DNA from: Octopus bimaculoides
Lineage: Eukaryota
DNA: 64,000 bases
Direction of reading: 5' to 3'
Assembly (NCBI RefSeq): GCF_001194135.2
Contig: NC_069004.1
Location: forward strand, 2,008,388 to 2,072,387
In this document: piece after piece, positions 49,950 through 63,280 of the stretch
How the letters are laid out: each line of letters begins with the position of its first letter
Numbering within the stretch: position 1 is the stretch's first letter
Notes under the pieces: generated by a model
Seen by the model: only the letters and a program-made list of their open reading frames with translations
The model's database searches: none
What the model was told of the DNA's origin: nothing
Translations under genes and position numbers: made by a program

Positions 49950-50300
49950 TTTCTGTCCTGGCCTAGTCTAAAGACTTACTTGAATTCAGCAAATTTAAGA
50001 CCCCGTGAAAACTGTGAGATGGCAGTGAGTATGATGCACTGGAAAATTTATACATTTCTCTCAACAAATATTTCCAATTATAATTCATTAATTGAACACA
50101 ACCGACATAAATACTTTCCCTCTCTTCATACGAAAAAGACAAAGATACTCACTCTGATAAAGAGAGAAACATTAAAATGTGTGATGTCAAATAAGTCCGT
50201 GTTGAATCAGCAACAACAGATAGGCAGAGCCAAGAAAATCTCATACTCCAGAGGCCATCATAATACTACCAGTAAAACAAGCAGAGAGAAGAAAGAGTAC
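49950..50300 (+). mobile_element. Possible second Penelope-like remnant
   Basis: HNRHKYFPSLHTKKTKILTLIKR...QQIGRAKKI loosely resembles the Penelope thumb region. Confidence 0.35.
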
Positions 50301-50939
50301 CATCTGTGAGCTACTTATTGAAACATGTTGGTGACTGAATCTTTGCCAATCGGTAGGGTGGTCTTCTTTTGGATGCAGTCTAAGGTGTCTCTTTTCTGTC
50401 TATGCATAGCAGCAACATCTTTCAGTACAACTACACTTTCACTCGACGTCTGATAATTCAGTTTTTCGTTTGACATTTAACAATTTTGCTATTCTATACT
50501 TCGCTTTCTTATTTTTTTCTTTTGCTTTATGCTTTATGTTTATGTGGTATTTGTAGTCGTTGCACCTCGTAGAAAGAACAGCCAAATCTCCCTCAACAAA
50601 TAGTAAAAAAATGAAGTCACTAACCACGCCCTCTTTCTTTTCTTTGATACAACTGACTTTAATTTCATTTGTATTTGGTTATTTTTCAAATAAACCCCCC
50701 CCCCCCAACAGACTAGCACCTGAGTACCACAAAAGAAGATAAACCGAGGCTTTGCAATGCTAGGACAGATTTGTACAAGTACACAGCAATGTAAATGAAA
50801 GCAAACAGACTATAAAGTGTGACAAGAATTAGAATCTACTTCCAGAAATAAAAGTAAAGGCCACTTCTATCATAGTTCAACATATAAGATGAGTGAAAGG
50901 GGGAGGGGTATTGATGATGAGGTCCAAGATCTCTACCAA

Positions 50940-51350
50940 AAGACTCAAGGGTGGCTATGGGGTCTACTGTAGGCCCTAATTACACAAACCTGCTTGTTAG
51001 TCATGTTCAAACCCAAATCTTCCAATTCACTGGATCCAACCTACAGCCACAGTGGTTACCTTGCTGGTCGTATCAACATCAACTCTCTTACAGCTCAATT
51101 CCTTCATCATTTCCATCAACCCTTCCAACCTGGCCCTACACTTCAACCCCATCATCTTCATCACCTGAACATCTCTATTTCTCTGGACCACACCATCCTC
51201 TCCGTGTCCGTCTTTTATCTGCTGAGCCCCTATTCTTCCTTTGACTTCACTTCTTTCCATTCCACTCATGCCAAATCTAACCATCACCTATTCCCCTACT
51301 TCTTCCTTTCTAAGCCAGAATGCTAAAGCTCAATTGTGCCACACTGTCCC
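50940..51350 (+). mobile_element. Penelope-like retroelement reverse transcriptase remnant
   Basis: GVAMGSTVGPNYTNLLVSHVQTQIF resembles the Penelope G.AMG...GP.YANLF motif. A degenerate FLD / SSHP-H-K region follows. Confidence 0.72.
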
Positions 51351-54300
51351 CGTTCATACAACCGACTTATCTCCAAACCAGCAGACAAGAGGCAGCCACA
51401 GCCGACCTGCTCTCACACCCACACCATACTCCACCTCAACCACCACCACCCCACCTCATAGGAATGAGTGTTTATAGAATTATCAGCAAGTGGGTCAGAG
51501 TGTGGGGGGAGTCCTTACTAAACCTTTGACTAAACGGATTTACACATGCTGCAATTTTTAACAAGTCATTGGTATCTAGAACCAGCAATACAGTAATTCA
51601 TTATTACATTTCTTTTTTTATATTCGTTTAAAAAGCAAATGCTACATTTCTGAATCAAAGCTAAATTTCAGCACCTCAATTACATTACATTAACTATGTT
51701 ATCTTAAGAAAAGAACAAAACAAAAAATTTCTTTCAACAAAAATATATACAATATATAGTTTTTCAATGAACATATTTATGTTTGTGGAACAGGCTAACA
51801 ACTGTTTATTTCCAAGTCAATTAAATACATGTTAAGATGACACACCAACAGCAGTAGTAGTCTCACTCACATCAACATCCATTCCTAAAAGTGCATAATT
51901 ATCTCTTTTTTTTTTTCCAAGCAATATACAGAAAGAATTACTGAACTGATTGTAGCAACATTTTTGCCGACATCGCTTCAAAGAACTTATAGTAAAATGC
52001 TGGACTTGAAGTTTCTATTTTATTTAATTTAAGAATGAAGGCCTATATTCATGATATTCTAAGGTACAGCAAAACAATCATTACAAAATGAGCTTTTACT
52101 GTACATTATAAATATCCTTTGTAAATCACTGAACGTAAAAGATAGCGGCTTATTTGAGGACAAATGTATCTTATGTTGGAAACCTAACTTAAGGTCCACC
52201 ACATTTGAAAACAATACCAAGCTACATTTATTCTTCAAGGATAGCTGAAGCCCCGCTTTCCTATTTTAAAAAAAAACCCATTCTGAAACTACATTAATGA
52301 CTATTATGTCTATTAAAAACAATGAGTCATGAAAGATTTGATTAGATAAATATATCGTCTAGTATACACAACTGAGACAGTATTAAATTAAAAATAGCTG
52401 TGTGTGTGTGTGTCATAATGTATAGAAACGGTTGATAGGTCAGTTATTGTGGCATTTGCCCACAAGTAACCTCTCTGATAGAAGTACAATGTTCAAAAAA
52501 TAAATAACAGAGGGAGATGAAAATTTATCCCAGTGGTGGCCAGCAAGAGACACAATTGCATTTCAGCTTTGTTGGGGCTTTTCAATAGCATGTTCTTGCA
52601 GTCAGATACAGGAGAAATTGAATAAACCATTCACTGATGTTGTGAATTGCTGCCCAGTTGAAAAAAAATCCTACATATGCAATTGAGATAGTATTAAATT
52701 AGAACAGTCATCTATACATCATACATAATGTATACATAGACATCCATTTTAAATGTACTGCATTTACTAGACTGGTAGGTTTTGTTTTCTTTCTTTTCAG
52801 TTTAATTAAAGCAATGGAAACAGTGAAACATTTACACAAGTTATTTTCTCAATGAACACAGATTAATATTTAAGGATTTCTTACATAGACATGAGGTTTC
52901 ACAAAGATAGGGAAAAGTTTATTTATGCCTTTCGAAAAACATCGTCCCTGGCTACTACCACTGCCTGTCACTCAAAATGATCTTTAGTACTTTCCACTCA
53001 AACCATAAGGCACAAAGACTGAGGTCAAAATGGGCAGATCAGAGCAGTATTCTGAAAACTTCAAACCATATTACAGCCAAAACTACACTTGCTACAAAAT
53101 GTGCTTTGCCAACAAGATTCCATTCTTAAATGAAAATCGAGTAAGAGTATCCAACCAAGAAAGCATTTGTCATCACAGTAGGCAAATATTCAAATGAAGA
53201 ACAACTTGCTTATTATTCTTGTTAATATAGGAGAATGATTGTAAAACACTTTCGCTAATGAATTGGTAAAAGAAATCACAGCAGAATATGCAGAATTGTT
53301 ACATGTCACACAGACAAAGAAAGAAGTCACACATGATTAATATATGATATGGAAATATTTTTTTTTTTCCTAATACAATACAATTATTTTTAAAAATACA
53401 GTAATGGTATAAAAACTGGTTGTATTTACATGGGGCAGTTGCTTTCCTAGAAAATTATTTTAATGTAAACTCCAATGGAACATCTTTATGAGGAATTGAT
53501 CTGAAACGAAACAACAGCAATAATAAAAATAAGCAGGCAAAATATTTGTCTCAAAGCTGTGAGATAATGGCAGACTAATCCATGACAATGTGAATAAATA
53601 AACATTATGTGTGACAGAGTAATCTGAATGCTAAAAGGGTTTAAGACTAGCAGAAGACCTAAACAAGGGAGACTTTCAGTATTTGGATGGCAGCCTGTCA
53701 GCAATCTGTAGCCACACTTGATTATCAGCAGCTGCAGAGTTTGTTCTGAACTGAAGATGACCCCAGAGTGGCAATGTTAAGTCAATGATTTAAAAAGAAC
53801 AATCATTGTTTAACAAAAACATTTAATATACTTTGGTTGCATAACAAAATACGTTGTCCCTACAGGTCATTTATATTTACATACCTGAGTAACCCTATGA
53901 TCAAAGCAGTCTAGCCATGACCTACCTAGCATATTTTCAAACAGAGCATCTAAATTGTTTTCCTTTCTTTTTATTTTTTGTTTAAGACGATAGAGTCCAG
54001 CTCGAGGAGAATCTGACTGCTCTTTCTAGCAGGTTGAGCAAATCGTGCATTGTTGGCAACAGATTTGAGTAAATCATTAAGGTTAATCACCGTAGAGCCA
54101 CTGCAATTGCCACTGCAATGAGATAATTGCCTGAACCGATTCAGGTCAGGCAATCAGCTTAATTTTTTTTTTTTTGCAAATATTTGTTTGATAAGCAATT
54201 GTGGCTGGAAAACTTGGGCAACCAGTCAATGTATGAAATGAAAGGAGAGAACAGAGGAGAAATTCTATTTGAAAAAAACATCTCTCTAGCGTGAAACATC

Positions 54301-55223
54301 TGCAACAGCTTATCTTTTTACTTGTCTCAGTCATCATTAGACTGCGGCCATGCTGGGGCACCACCTTCAAGGTGTTTAGTCAAACAAATCAACACCAGTA
54401 CTTATTCTAACAGTTTCTAAGGCTGAACTAGTAAGTTACAAGGACATAAACAAACCAACACCAGATGTCAAGCAGTGGAATGGAGGGAAACACACACATA
54501 CACACATATATATATATATATACTAATAGGCTTCTTTCAGTTTCAGTCTACCAAATTCTCTCACAAGGTATTGGCTAACTCAGGGCTACTGTAGAACACA
54601 CACTCCCAAAGTGCCACACAGTGGGAATTGAACCTGAAACCATGTAGTTGTAAAGCAAGCTTCTTAACCACACAGCCAAGACTTCCAGTAGACCAAAATG
54701 GAAGAGTATAACAGAGCCGTGGGCAATGTATTTGAGGGAATAGTCCAGTTACTAAGCACTTAACTTAGCTGAAGCTCTGATTGTGTAATCTTATCAGCAG
54801 GACTGAAGCAGGTAGATTTAACATTCTTAGCAAGAGTGTAGGGAGACAGAAACGACTGTGGATGTTAAAGCACACTCTAATAATGCATTTTGCAAGTTGT
54901 TATAAACAGGATATTTTGAAAAGAAACTGTAGCTAAGCTGATACCGTTCTCTATCCACTTCAATTCCACTGACAAATTCAAATTTTTAAGGGAGCTCCAA
55001 GCTCCTCTTTGCACTCAGAGGTTTCAATCAGTAGTTATCACTCGGTGCTGTTTGTATTACAAATCATAAGTGGGAGTGCGAGGTTTAGGTTTTCCCCATT
55101 TAGTTAAATGAATTAGATGTGCTTTCATAGTGTAGCTCAGGTTTCAAAGTTGAAATCTCCAATGACTTTTGTTTAAACATAATTGAAATGCTCTCTGTGA
55201 TTTTGCAGTAGATAATTCTTTCA

Positions 55224-55388
55224 TGGAACAGTGGATCTCAAAGCACATGAATTATAGCATTTACATACTGGTTTGAAAACCCTTTTTCAAAGGCTTCCCA
55301 TGGAACACAAACCCACAAAAAGGGTTTTCAATTCAATGTTTACACAATGTTACTCATAGCTTTATGTGCTTCGAGATCCACTGTTCCA
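55224..55388. mobile_element. 165-bp fold-back element (MITE-like)
   Basis: Outer inverted repeat tggaacagtggatctc(a/g)aagcacat, plus an inner perfect 14-bp inverted repeat ttgaaaaccctttt / aaaagggttttcaa. No clear target duplication. Confidence 0.7.
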
Positions 55389-56289
55389 AAAAGGAAGTAT
55401 TTCACCCTCTCTTGAAAGTTAATAAATTCTTAAGATGTCTACAGTAGATAGTTTATAATATTGTACACATTTTAATGAAGCACATGTAGCTTTTTCATGC
55501 CTATCCTAGAGTGAAAGTGAATGTTGCCGGCATTCATCAGGTTATTTCCGGTTTTGAAACTGACAATTCTGAAACAAGTTTGAACTGAATAAAAATAGAG
55601 GCATGAGCTGAGGTTAATAAATGTGTAATCACCACAACAACGGATTATAGAGCAAACTCTTTAGTTATCTCAAAGTACCAGGAATATATATATATAGTTG
55701 ATTCTCTAGCCAAGGCAAAGGGTACATATTTGGTTGAGATATGAACTGGACTGACTTCAGAAAGGATTCCATATTCAATCTCCCAGCAAAGGTAAGGACA
55801 GTATATATTTAGTTGAGATATGAAGTGAACAGACCCCAGAAGGCTGGCTGCAGTTAATGGTGACCCTCACCCCTTAATGTAGTTCACTATTTGCATGTAA
55901 AAAGTTTAATTTTCTGAGTAGGAAGGCAGCAAGGTAGCAGAATCGTTAGCGTACAAGACAAAATGCCTCGCAGCATTTTTTCCAGTTTTTTCTGAGTTCA
56001 AATTCTGCTGAGGTGGACTTTGCCTTTCATTCTTTCAGGGTTGAGAAAATAAGCATCAGTTGAGCACAGAAGTCAATGTAATCAACAAAACCCTCCTCCA
56101 AAAGTTCAGGCCTTATACCTATAGTAAAAACGTCTTATGAGCAGGAAAGCAACATCTGTCACTAGTTGATGGGTGCAAACTATAGGTTTCAGATCAATGT
56201 TTTTCCCTTTAATTGTTGGTATAGGTTGCACAAAACCCTCCCGTTTTGGTGAAAAGAAAATTCTTTCTATGTGTAAAGAGCAGACCATA

Positions 56290-56530
56290 TGATGCATGTG
56301 TGTCTGAAGTGTGATGTTACATGATAATTAAATATGGACACTGAATGTGAAGTATTTGAGAAGGCTGGAAAGAAACGAAGTGAATATGTTCTGCTGAATG
56401 TGTAAAAATTAATGTGTATGAACAACAGAATGAATGAGCTGTGAGAAGCCACAGTTCATGTGGACATGAGGCATATGAAGGATGACAAAAAAAGTGCCAA
56501 GTAATTAAGGTGAAATACAACTGCAAAAGA
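56290..56530 (+). mobile_element. RTE-like LINE remnant
   Basis: RRLERNEVNMFC.MC resembles [15 protein letters not shown] in the 29.9-kb copy. Confidence 0.55.
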
Positions 56531-59291
56531 GGATAATCTCAGGATGCTGAACCCCACGAAGGAGATAACAATGAGTTGAAAGAAGTAGCGAGACACTGTG
56601 CTAGAGAAGCTCTGCCCAACCAATACAAACATAGGAACCTAGCAGTGAGGTGAAGACAACGAGTGCGGCCAAGCTACAGAAGTTAATAATAGAGAAGACT
56701 TACAAGACAACTTCCATATCTTCACTGCCACAACCAGATTGTGACATCTCCATTGAAGTTAGAATACTTTTGTACAAGTCTGTTGTTGTCTTTGTGACTG
56801 TCTTGTTTATAATGGGGTGTTACTCAAAATCAAAAATGCTGTCCACTAGTCAATGATTAATCCCTAGATAATACACATTTCCTCTCCAGCACAAACAGAA
56901 GCATTGGCAGAAAGCCAATTCTTTATTCTTCACCAAATGAAAATTAATACTTATAAAGAGATTTTAATTTTTACTTCTTATTGGGTGGAAGCGTGTGGCC
57001 TAGTGGCTAGGGTTTTGCACTTATGGCTACAAAATCATGGTTTTTAATTCCCAGACTGGCAGTGCATTGGGTCCTTGAGCAAAACACTTCATTTTATGTT
57101 GCTTCAATTCACTCAACCATAAATAACCCTGTAATGGAATGGAAATTTGTTCAAGGGGATGCCATCATTTGAAAGCTGCAATGCGAAAAAGCGCATTGGG
57201 ATCAGCAGTGTACAACAACATCTGATAGCCTGGTTGATACAGTGATTAGGGAAATTAAAGTGAAAATTCCAAAAATAGAAGCTTTACCTAGAATTGAGAG
57301 GCCTTAAGGTAAACTTAGTGAAGATGAAAATTTTAATACGTAGGAAAGAAGACAGTCCTGGTATCTCCAGGAAAGTCATGGATACACAAGAGGTGTTAGT
57401 GGAATCACAAGTAGACTAACAGAGTTTCATTTGTGTCTGAGTGGACACCTCATCACGATTTTTATATCTTTCCAGTTCCAACCCGTTCACTCCCACCCTC
57501 TCTTCTAAAATGTGAATTGCTATGTAACTCTTCTGCAGCAAGAAACCTGCTCTGCTCTGGCCCCATCTCTCATACTTCAGCCCCTCGCTTGCTAGCCTAA
57601 ATCCACTTCCCTCAGGGTTCATTGTCTTGCAAACTACATGATGACCTCATTAGTGCTGGTGCCATGACAAAAGCAACCAATACACGTTGTAAAGTGGTTG
57701 GCGTTAGGAAGGGTATCCAGCCATAAAAACCATGCCAAAGCAGACATTGAAGTATGATGTAATCCTTGGACTTGTCGGATCTTGCCAAACCATCTAACCC
57801 ATTCCAATATGGAACATGGACGTTAAATAATGATGACGAAAATGATAATCAAAACCACGACCCAGATGTTACGATATGAACAGGACTTATAAGGGGGGAG
57901 GTTCAGCTGATACATTAGTCTGGGCCCGGAGCGCCAAGAACGGGTTAGTAACTATTTGTGGGGCCCCTCCCAAACAAAAACAAAAAAAGAATTCCTGCCT
58001 TCCGGGGCTCGAAAACAAGTCTTGTTCCGCCTTACTGGAGAAATCCTGCAGTCTTTAAACGAGGAAGAAGTTGCAAAGGAATGTAATATGACTGACGGGG
58101 GCGGGGAGAAATAAGGACCTAAATATGAACGGAAAGGAAGTTGCTGAGGAACGAGATAAGAGTGACGGATAGAGGAAATTTGTTCAACGAGAATATGAAA
58201 TATACTACAGGACTAACAAATAAGTTCACAAAGCAGTAAACCATTAAAATAATAATAATAATAATAATAATACGTAAGAGGAAGCATGAAGACTAGTTCA
58301 ACAGAGGGGAAGATTGGGAGGTGGGATGGAAAAGCATCTCATTTAAGTGAATTGGATGCGTTCTTGGAGAATTATTTAACTTTCGATGCCAAAATCCCAA
58401 ATGACCTTTGTGAAATGAATTTGAAATGGTTTAAATAATTCTACAGTGTATAATTAATGACCCTAAACGTTTTAATGAACCACATTTAGCTTCTTGCTAC
58501 CTATCCTATAGTGAAAGTGAACATTGCTGGCAGTCGTCGGAGGTCACTTCCGGTTTTGAAACTGACACTTCTGAAAGAAGGCCGAACTGGACAAAGTAGA
58601 AGTATGAGCCGAGGTTAATAATTATGTAATCACTTGCAATAGATTACGGTGGAAACTGAACAGTTATCTTATTTCAAGTATGAGGTTACATACCGACAAT
58701 CTTCCAGCCAAAACAAAGGGTTGATCGAGGAAGACCTCGAAAGGGACTCCACACTGGCTGTGTGTTAATAATGTTTAACCGCCACTAGACATGACAATAA
58801 TATAAAGTCTAAGCATTGTTGCTATGTCAATTGAGTAGAGAGCCATTTTGAACAAGGAGAGGTTTTAGAATAAAGAGATCCATCTATCGACATATACCTA
58901 AATGTATATATAGATCCATTCATGTCTAGTTACGAACTATTTAGCAATTGAAGAAATATCAAGTTATATATTATTGTCTGCAGTAGCTTATGAATCCGAT
59001 GCTATCATCCATGTCAAGTAACTTGTTAAAGCTTCAGGTGAATGGAGAAACGTGAAACCCGTCAACATCAAAAAGGAAACAAAAAAAAAAATAATCACCG
59101 TTGTTAGTAGATATAAAAAGGCAATCACTAAACGACGGTGACATATCGGTGATTATGTCTTCATTACTCAGGGTGGATAACGTAATAAGTTACTCACATA
59201 CACACACACATATATATATAATACTTTCTCTTTTACATGTGTATATAAATGCGTATGTCTGTATTAAAATCTGTGTCATTAGTGTTTGAGC

Positions 59292-59294
<3 letters not shown>

Positions 59295-59343
<49 letters not shown>

Positions 59344-59377
59344 CGTGTGTGTGTGCACACGCATAACTATCATATGA

Positions 59378-59411
<34 letters not shown>

Positions 59412-59539
59412 GTGTGTTAATAGTGTGTATATATACAGTATGTGTGCGTGTGTTAGTAGTGTATATAGTGTGTGTGTGTATGATTATGACTGTTTTACGT
59501 ATATGTATGTGTGTGCGTGTATATATATGTATATATGTG

Positions 59540-59600
<61 letters not shown>
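59295..59600. repeat. Compound (TA)n/(GT)n microsatellite field
   Basis: Seen directly. Confidence 0.95.
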
Positions 59601-59602
<2 letters not shown>

Positions 59603-59749
59603 CAGGTACACGTCCAGTAACATCCACATATGTGGTGCACGAGGCGATCTATATACACTGAAAGTGTAATCGGGAGGATAGCAAAATTTTATAAAACAAG
59701 AACTAGATCAATACATTAAAAAAAAAAAGCAATAACTACAAAAACAACA

Positions 59750-60250
59750 ACCAACGGTGGCCAAGAAAGACAAGAGACAGAGACACAGAGAGACACAGAT
59801 TGCAATTTACGCTGCAAACATAGAGAGGAGGGGGAGGCCATTGGTTAAAGAAAACATGAAAGTTGAATAAGAATTAAGTATCAGCAGCGAACCTGTATGT
59901 AATATTCCGCAGGATATCTGGACATGTTGAATAAAGTGTTGATCGGCTGGAGCAGGCATTCCATAGAAGTGAAGTTATGAGGCGGGAAAGAGTCCAAAAA
60001 AAAAAACAATGTGAAAGCTTCGACAAAATGGCGAGTAAGAGAGAAGAGAGGAACAGGACAGTGGCGAGATTAACGTCGGGATTCTCGTCGTTACGACGAT
60101 AGAGAGGCAGAGAGAGAGGGAGGGGGAGGAAGTCACGCTTGTGAGTTTTTTTTTGTTTTTTGTTTTTTTGGTGAGGGAGAATGGGAGAGAAAGAGAGAAG
60201 AAAAGAAAAAGAGTAAAATATGAAAGGGGAAAGAAAGGGAGATAGCGTGT
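59750..60250. promoter_or_regulatory. CpG-rich promoter-like island, probable PPP6R3 TSS and non-coding first exon (- strand)
   Basis: Local CpG cluster against a CpG-depleted background, YY1-type CGCCATTTTG (- strand) at 60024-60033, and CT-rich sequence on the - strand. A candidate donor acag|GTTCGC lies at 59893/59892. Confidence 0.6.
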
Positions 60251-62790
60251 GTGTCTCTATGTACGTATGTGAGAGAGAGAGAGAGAGAGTGTGTGTGTCT
60301 CTATGTATGTATGTGAGAGAGAGAGAAAAGATATAAGGAAGTATGAGGAAGACTATTCTATCTACCTTTCTATCTGTCTATACACTCACACACATATATA
60401 TATATGTGTGTGTGCGTATGTGCATTCGCGTGTGTGTGAGTGTAACCTATGCAGTGGATATTATATTATTTATATAGGAAGTGCGTTTGGTTAGGGAGGA
60501 AAACTTAATACGTAATGCAGACTATTCATAACTTTTCTAATTGGTTGAAAATACTATAGTAGTTGCTTAAGGGAAAAGAGTTTCATTCCGAGACAGTTAT
60601 GTATATATTCATGTGTGTGTGTGTGTGTGTCTATGTAAGTAATCACCATTATGATTTAACGTCCATTGTCTATGCTGGCATGGGTCGGATGGTTCGACAG
60701 AAACCTCCAAACTAAAGGACTATGATGAGCTGAGGAACTCCAATTTTCTTCGGTATTGTTTCTATGGCTAGATGCCCTTCCTGGCGCCAATCCCTTTACA
60801 AAGTATTCTGGGTGCTTTTTCGCAGCACCAAGTAACTTACAAGACAAACCCCTTTAACTCAGTGGGTGTGTAGAATTGAGGGAGGTGGCTTTATGCCAGG
60901 AATTGAGGGGTTGAAGTAGGATAGAGGGGTCAGGAAACAGGTGTCTTACAGCTGAGGAGATATTTGGATACCCCAACTGGAAAGCAAGAGATACGATAGT
61001 GGTGATGAGGTGTCAGGTTGTACCCTCAAGTTAAATGAGGGTTAGTATAAGAGAGAATTTTTAGGGGGTATTATTTTACATCTTTCTTTAAAGCACAAAC
61101 ACTAAGCTTTTTTATTGAAAAGAAACAAGAAGACTGTAGTGAATCCACCTTTTTATCCTGTGGTTGCCTTGCTTAAGATGGGCAGCAGCTGATCAGTTGA
61201 GTAAGAATGGCGACAAAACTTGGAATCCATAACTGTTGCCTCTCATTTTGTAAGAAGATACTTCATCTTTGTTCCAGAAAGCTACAGCGTCCTTTCAATG
61301 TTGAGAAAGAAAAAAGGAGTAAAAAAAATAAGGACCGTGTGTGGCCATAAATCTGTAGCATAGCTGGAAGGAGCATAAAGGTGGCCCACCCTGAATAATA
61401 CTTTTATGGGAGCAGCACTTTTAGGTCTGCTGTATAAGCCTGTATAAGGGGTGGGGATTGCAAGCTCAAGTGCCCCAGGTTACACATACTCTAGCTATAC
61501 CACAGCCATACAGTAAGACTTTCCTGTAGTCAGGTCTTCTTTCCTACTTAGTAAAAAATTTGTCTCTGCTAAGTTTATAACAAAGTTACAAGCACACGTT
61601 TTTATCTAACATTTCAATATAAAAGTAGAATCTATTTTATCATATTGCATTTCTATTTGATGGATTGATGCTTATTTTAGGAGTAAATACTTTCATGGTT
61701 GAATGTTCTTCCTCACCCACACAACCATGAAACAGCAATTGTACTAAATTTCATGGTTGAGTGGAGAACAGAGGCAAATAAAGTAACAGCCCCAGTTGTG
61801 AATACGCTACAGTGGTGACAGTACACTCTCTTGAACTTTGCTTTCTACGTGATGCTTGTTTCAGTCACAGGACTGCAGCCATACTGGAGCAACACTTTCA
61901 AGGGTTTTGTCAAGCAAACCAACCCCAGCAATTATTGTTTTTAGTGATTAAGGTAAACCCTCTGAAAACACAGCCATAACACTGTACACGGGAGTTTTGT
62001 AAGCAACTGGGATAAAAAAAAACAACAACAAAAATTGTTGCAACCATAACAATGAATATCATGTCATCTTATATTCTATATTATGATATTTTTCTATGAC
62101 AATACTATTTTACTATATAAAAAAAATTAGGCTGCAGAGTAATTAAAATGAATTTTGAATAAATATTATTGTATCCTGTGTAGGTGCGTAGCTTAGTGGT
62201 TACGGGTGTTGGTTCGTGACCGTCAGATTGTGGTTTCGATTCTTGGATCGAGTGACGCATTGTGTTCTTGATCCAAACACTTCATTTCACGCTACTGTAG
62301 TTCATTCAGGTAGCAAAAATAAGTATTATGGTGCAATTGCGACAGACCTGGCAAACTGGCGAGGAATGGTGAACCTGCCTAAAAAAAGAAAAGAAAAAAA
62401 GACAAATAGAAGGGAACTTCTGGACTGACAGTCCATAGAGCTACTGTGGTGTTGAGTAAAAGAAAGCTAAAAATAAATGTATTCTGGTTTTCGAGCTGAA
62501 CGTTCGACTCCAAAAAATTTAGTGCGAAAACTAGTTTATAAATGGCACAAGGGAAATAACTCTAGAGTATAACTAGAGCGAATGTATATATATTTTTACG
62601 TCAGATTCCAAAATTCTAATCGCTCTGATAATGGGTAATATTTCCATCGAAAAGATCGATTCGATTCTTATATGAATGGACACGGAAATTTCCCATGGCC
62701 GTTGTATTATATTATCTCTTTTCTAGAGCGGTGTTATTCATTGGTTGCCAAGCTTTGGAACAAACACAAAAACATACATACATACATAAA

Positions 62791-63240
62791 CGAGAGGTTG
62801 TTCAACATTTCCAGGCTTTAGGGGTATCGTGAAAAGCCTGCTTGGAGGCCCAACCTTCCGAGTTCTTTTACAGGGCGTAGAAAAAAATGAAGGACCGCTG
62901 CAATAAGTGTGTGAATCTGAGAAGGGAATATGTTGAATAAAATCATAATTAACTGATCCTCCTGTATTTTCTTTTACCCAAAGCTAGGAACTTTTCAGCA
63001 CTCCTTCGTATACACACACACACATGAGGGAGCACTGAAAAGTTCCTGACTTTAAGGGTGTTGCAAAAGGCCTGGTTGGAAGCCCAACCTTCCGAGTTCT
63101 TTTACAGGGCATAGAAAAACTGAAGGGCTGCTTCGATAAGGGTGTGAATCTGGAAGGGGAATATGTCGAATAAAATCATAATTCACTGATCCTCTGGTAA
63201 TTTCTTTTACCCCAAACCAGGAACTTTTCAGCACTCTCTC

Positions 63241-63242
<2 letters not shown>
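62791..63242 (+). mobile_element. Two tandem ~218-bp mariner-derived MITEs (62791-63008, 63025-63242)
   Basis: Copy 2 has TIRs gagcactgaaaagttcctg...caggaacttttcagcactc. The interior of both copies encodes a frameshifted mariner C-terminus (..EAQPSEFFY..EK.KDRCNKCVNL..EYVE*). The copies are separated by a (CA)n tract. Confidence 0.85.
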
Positions 63243-63280
<38 letters not shown>

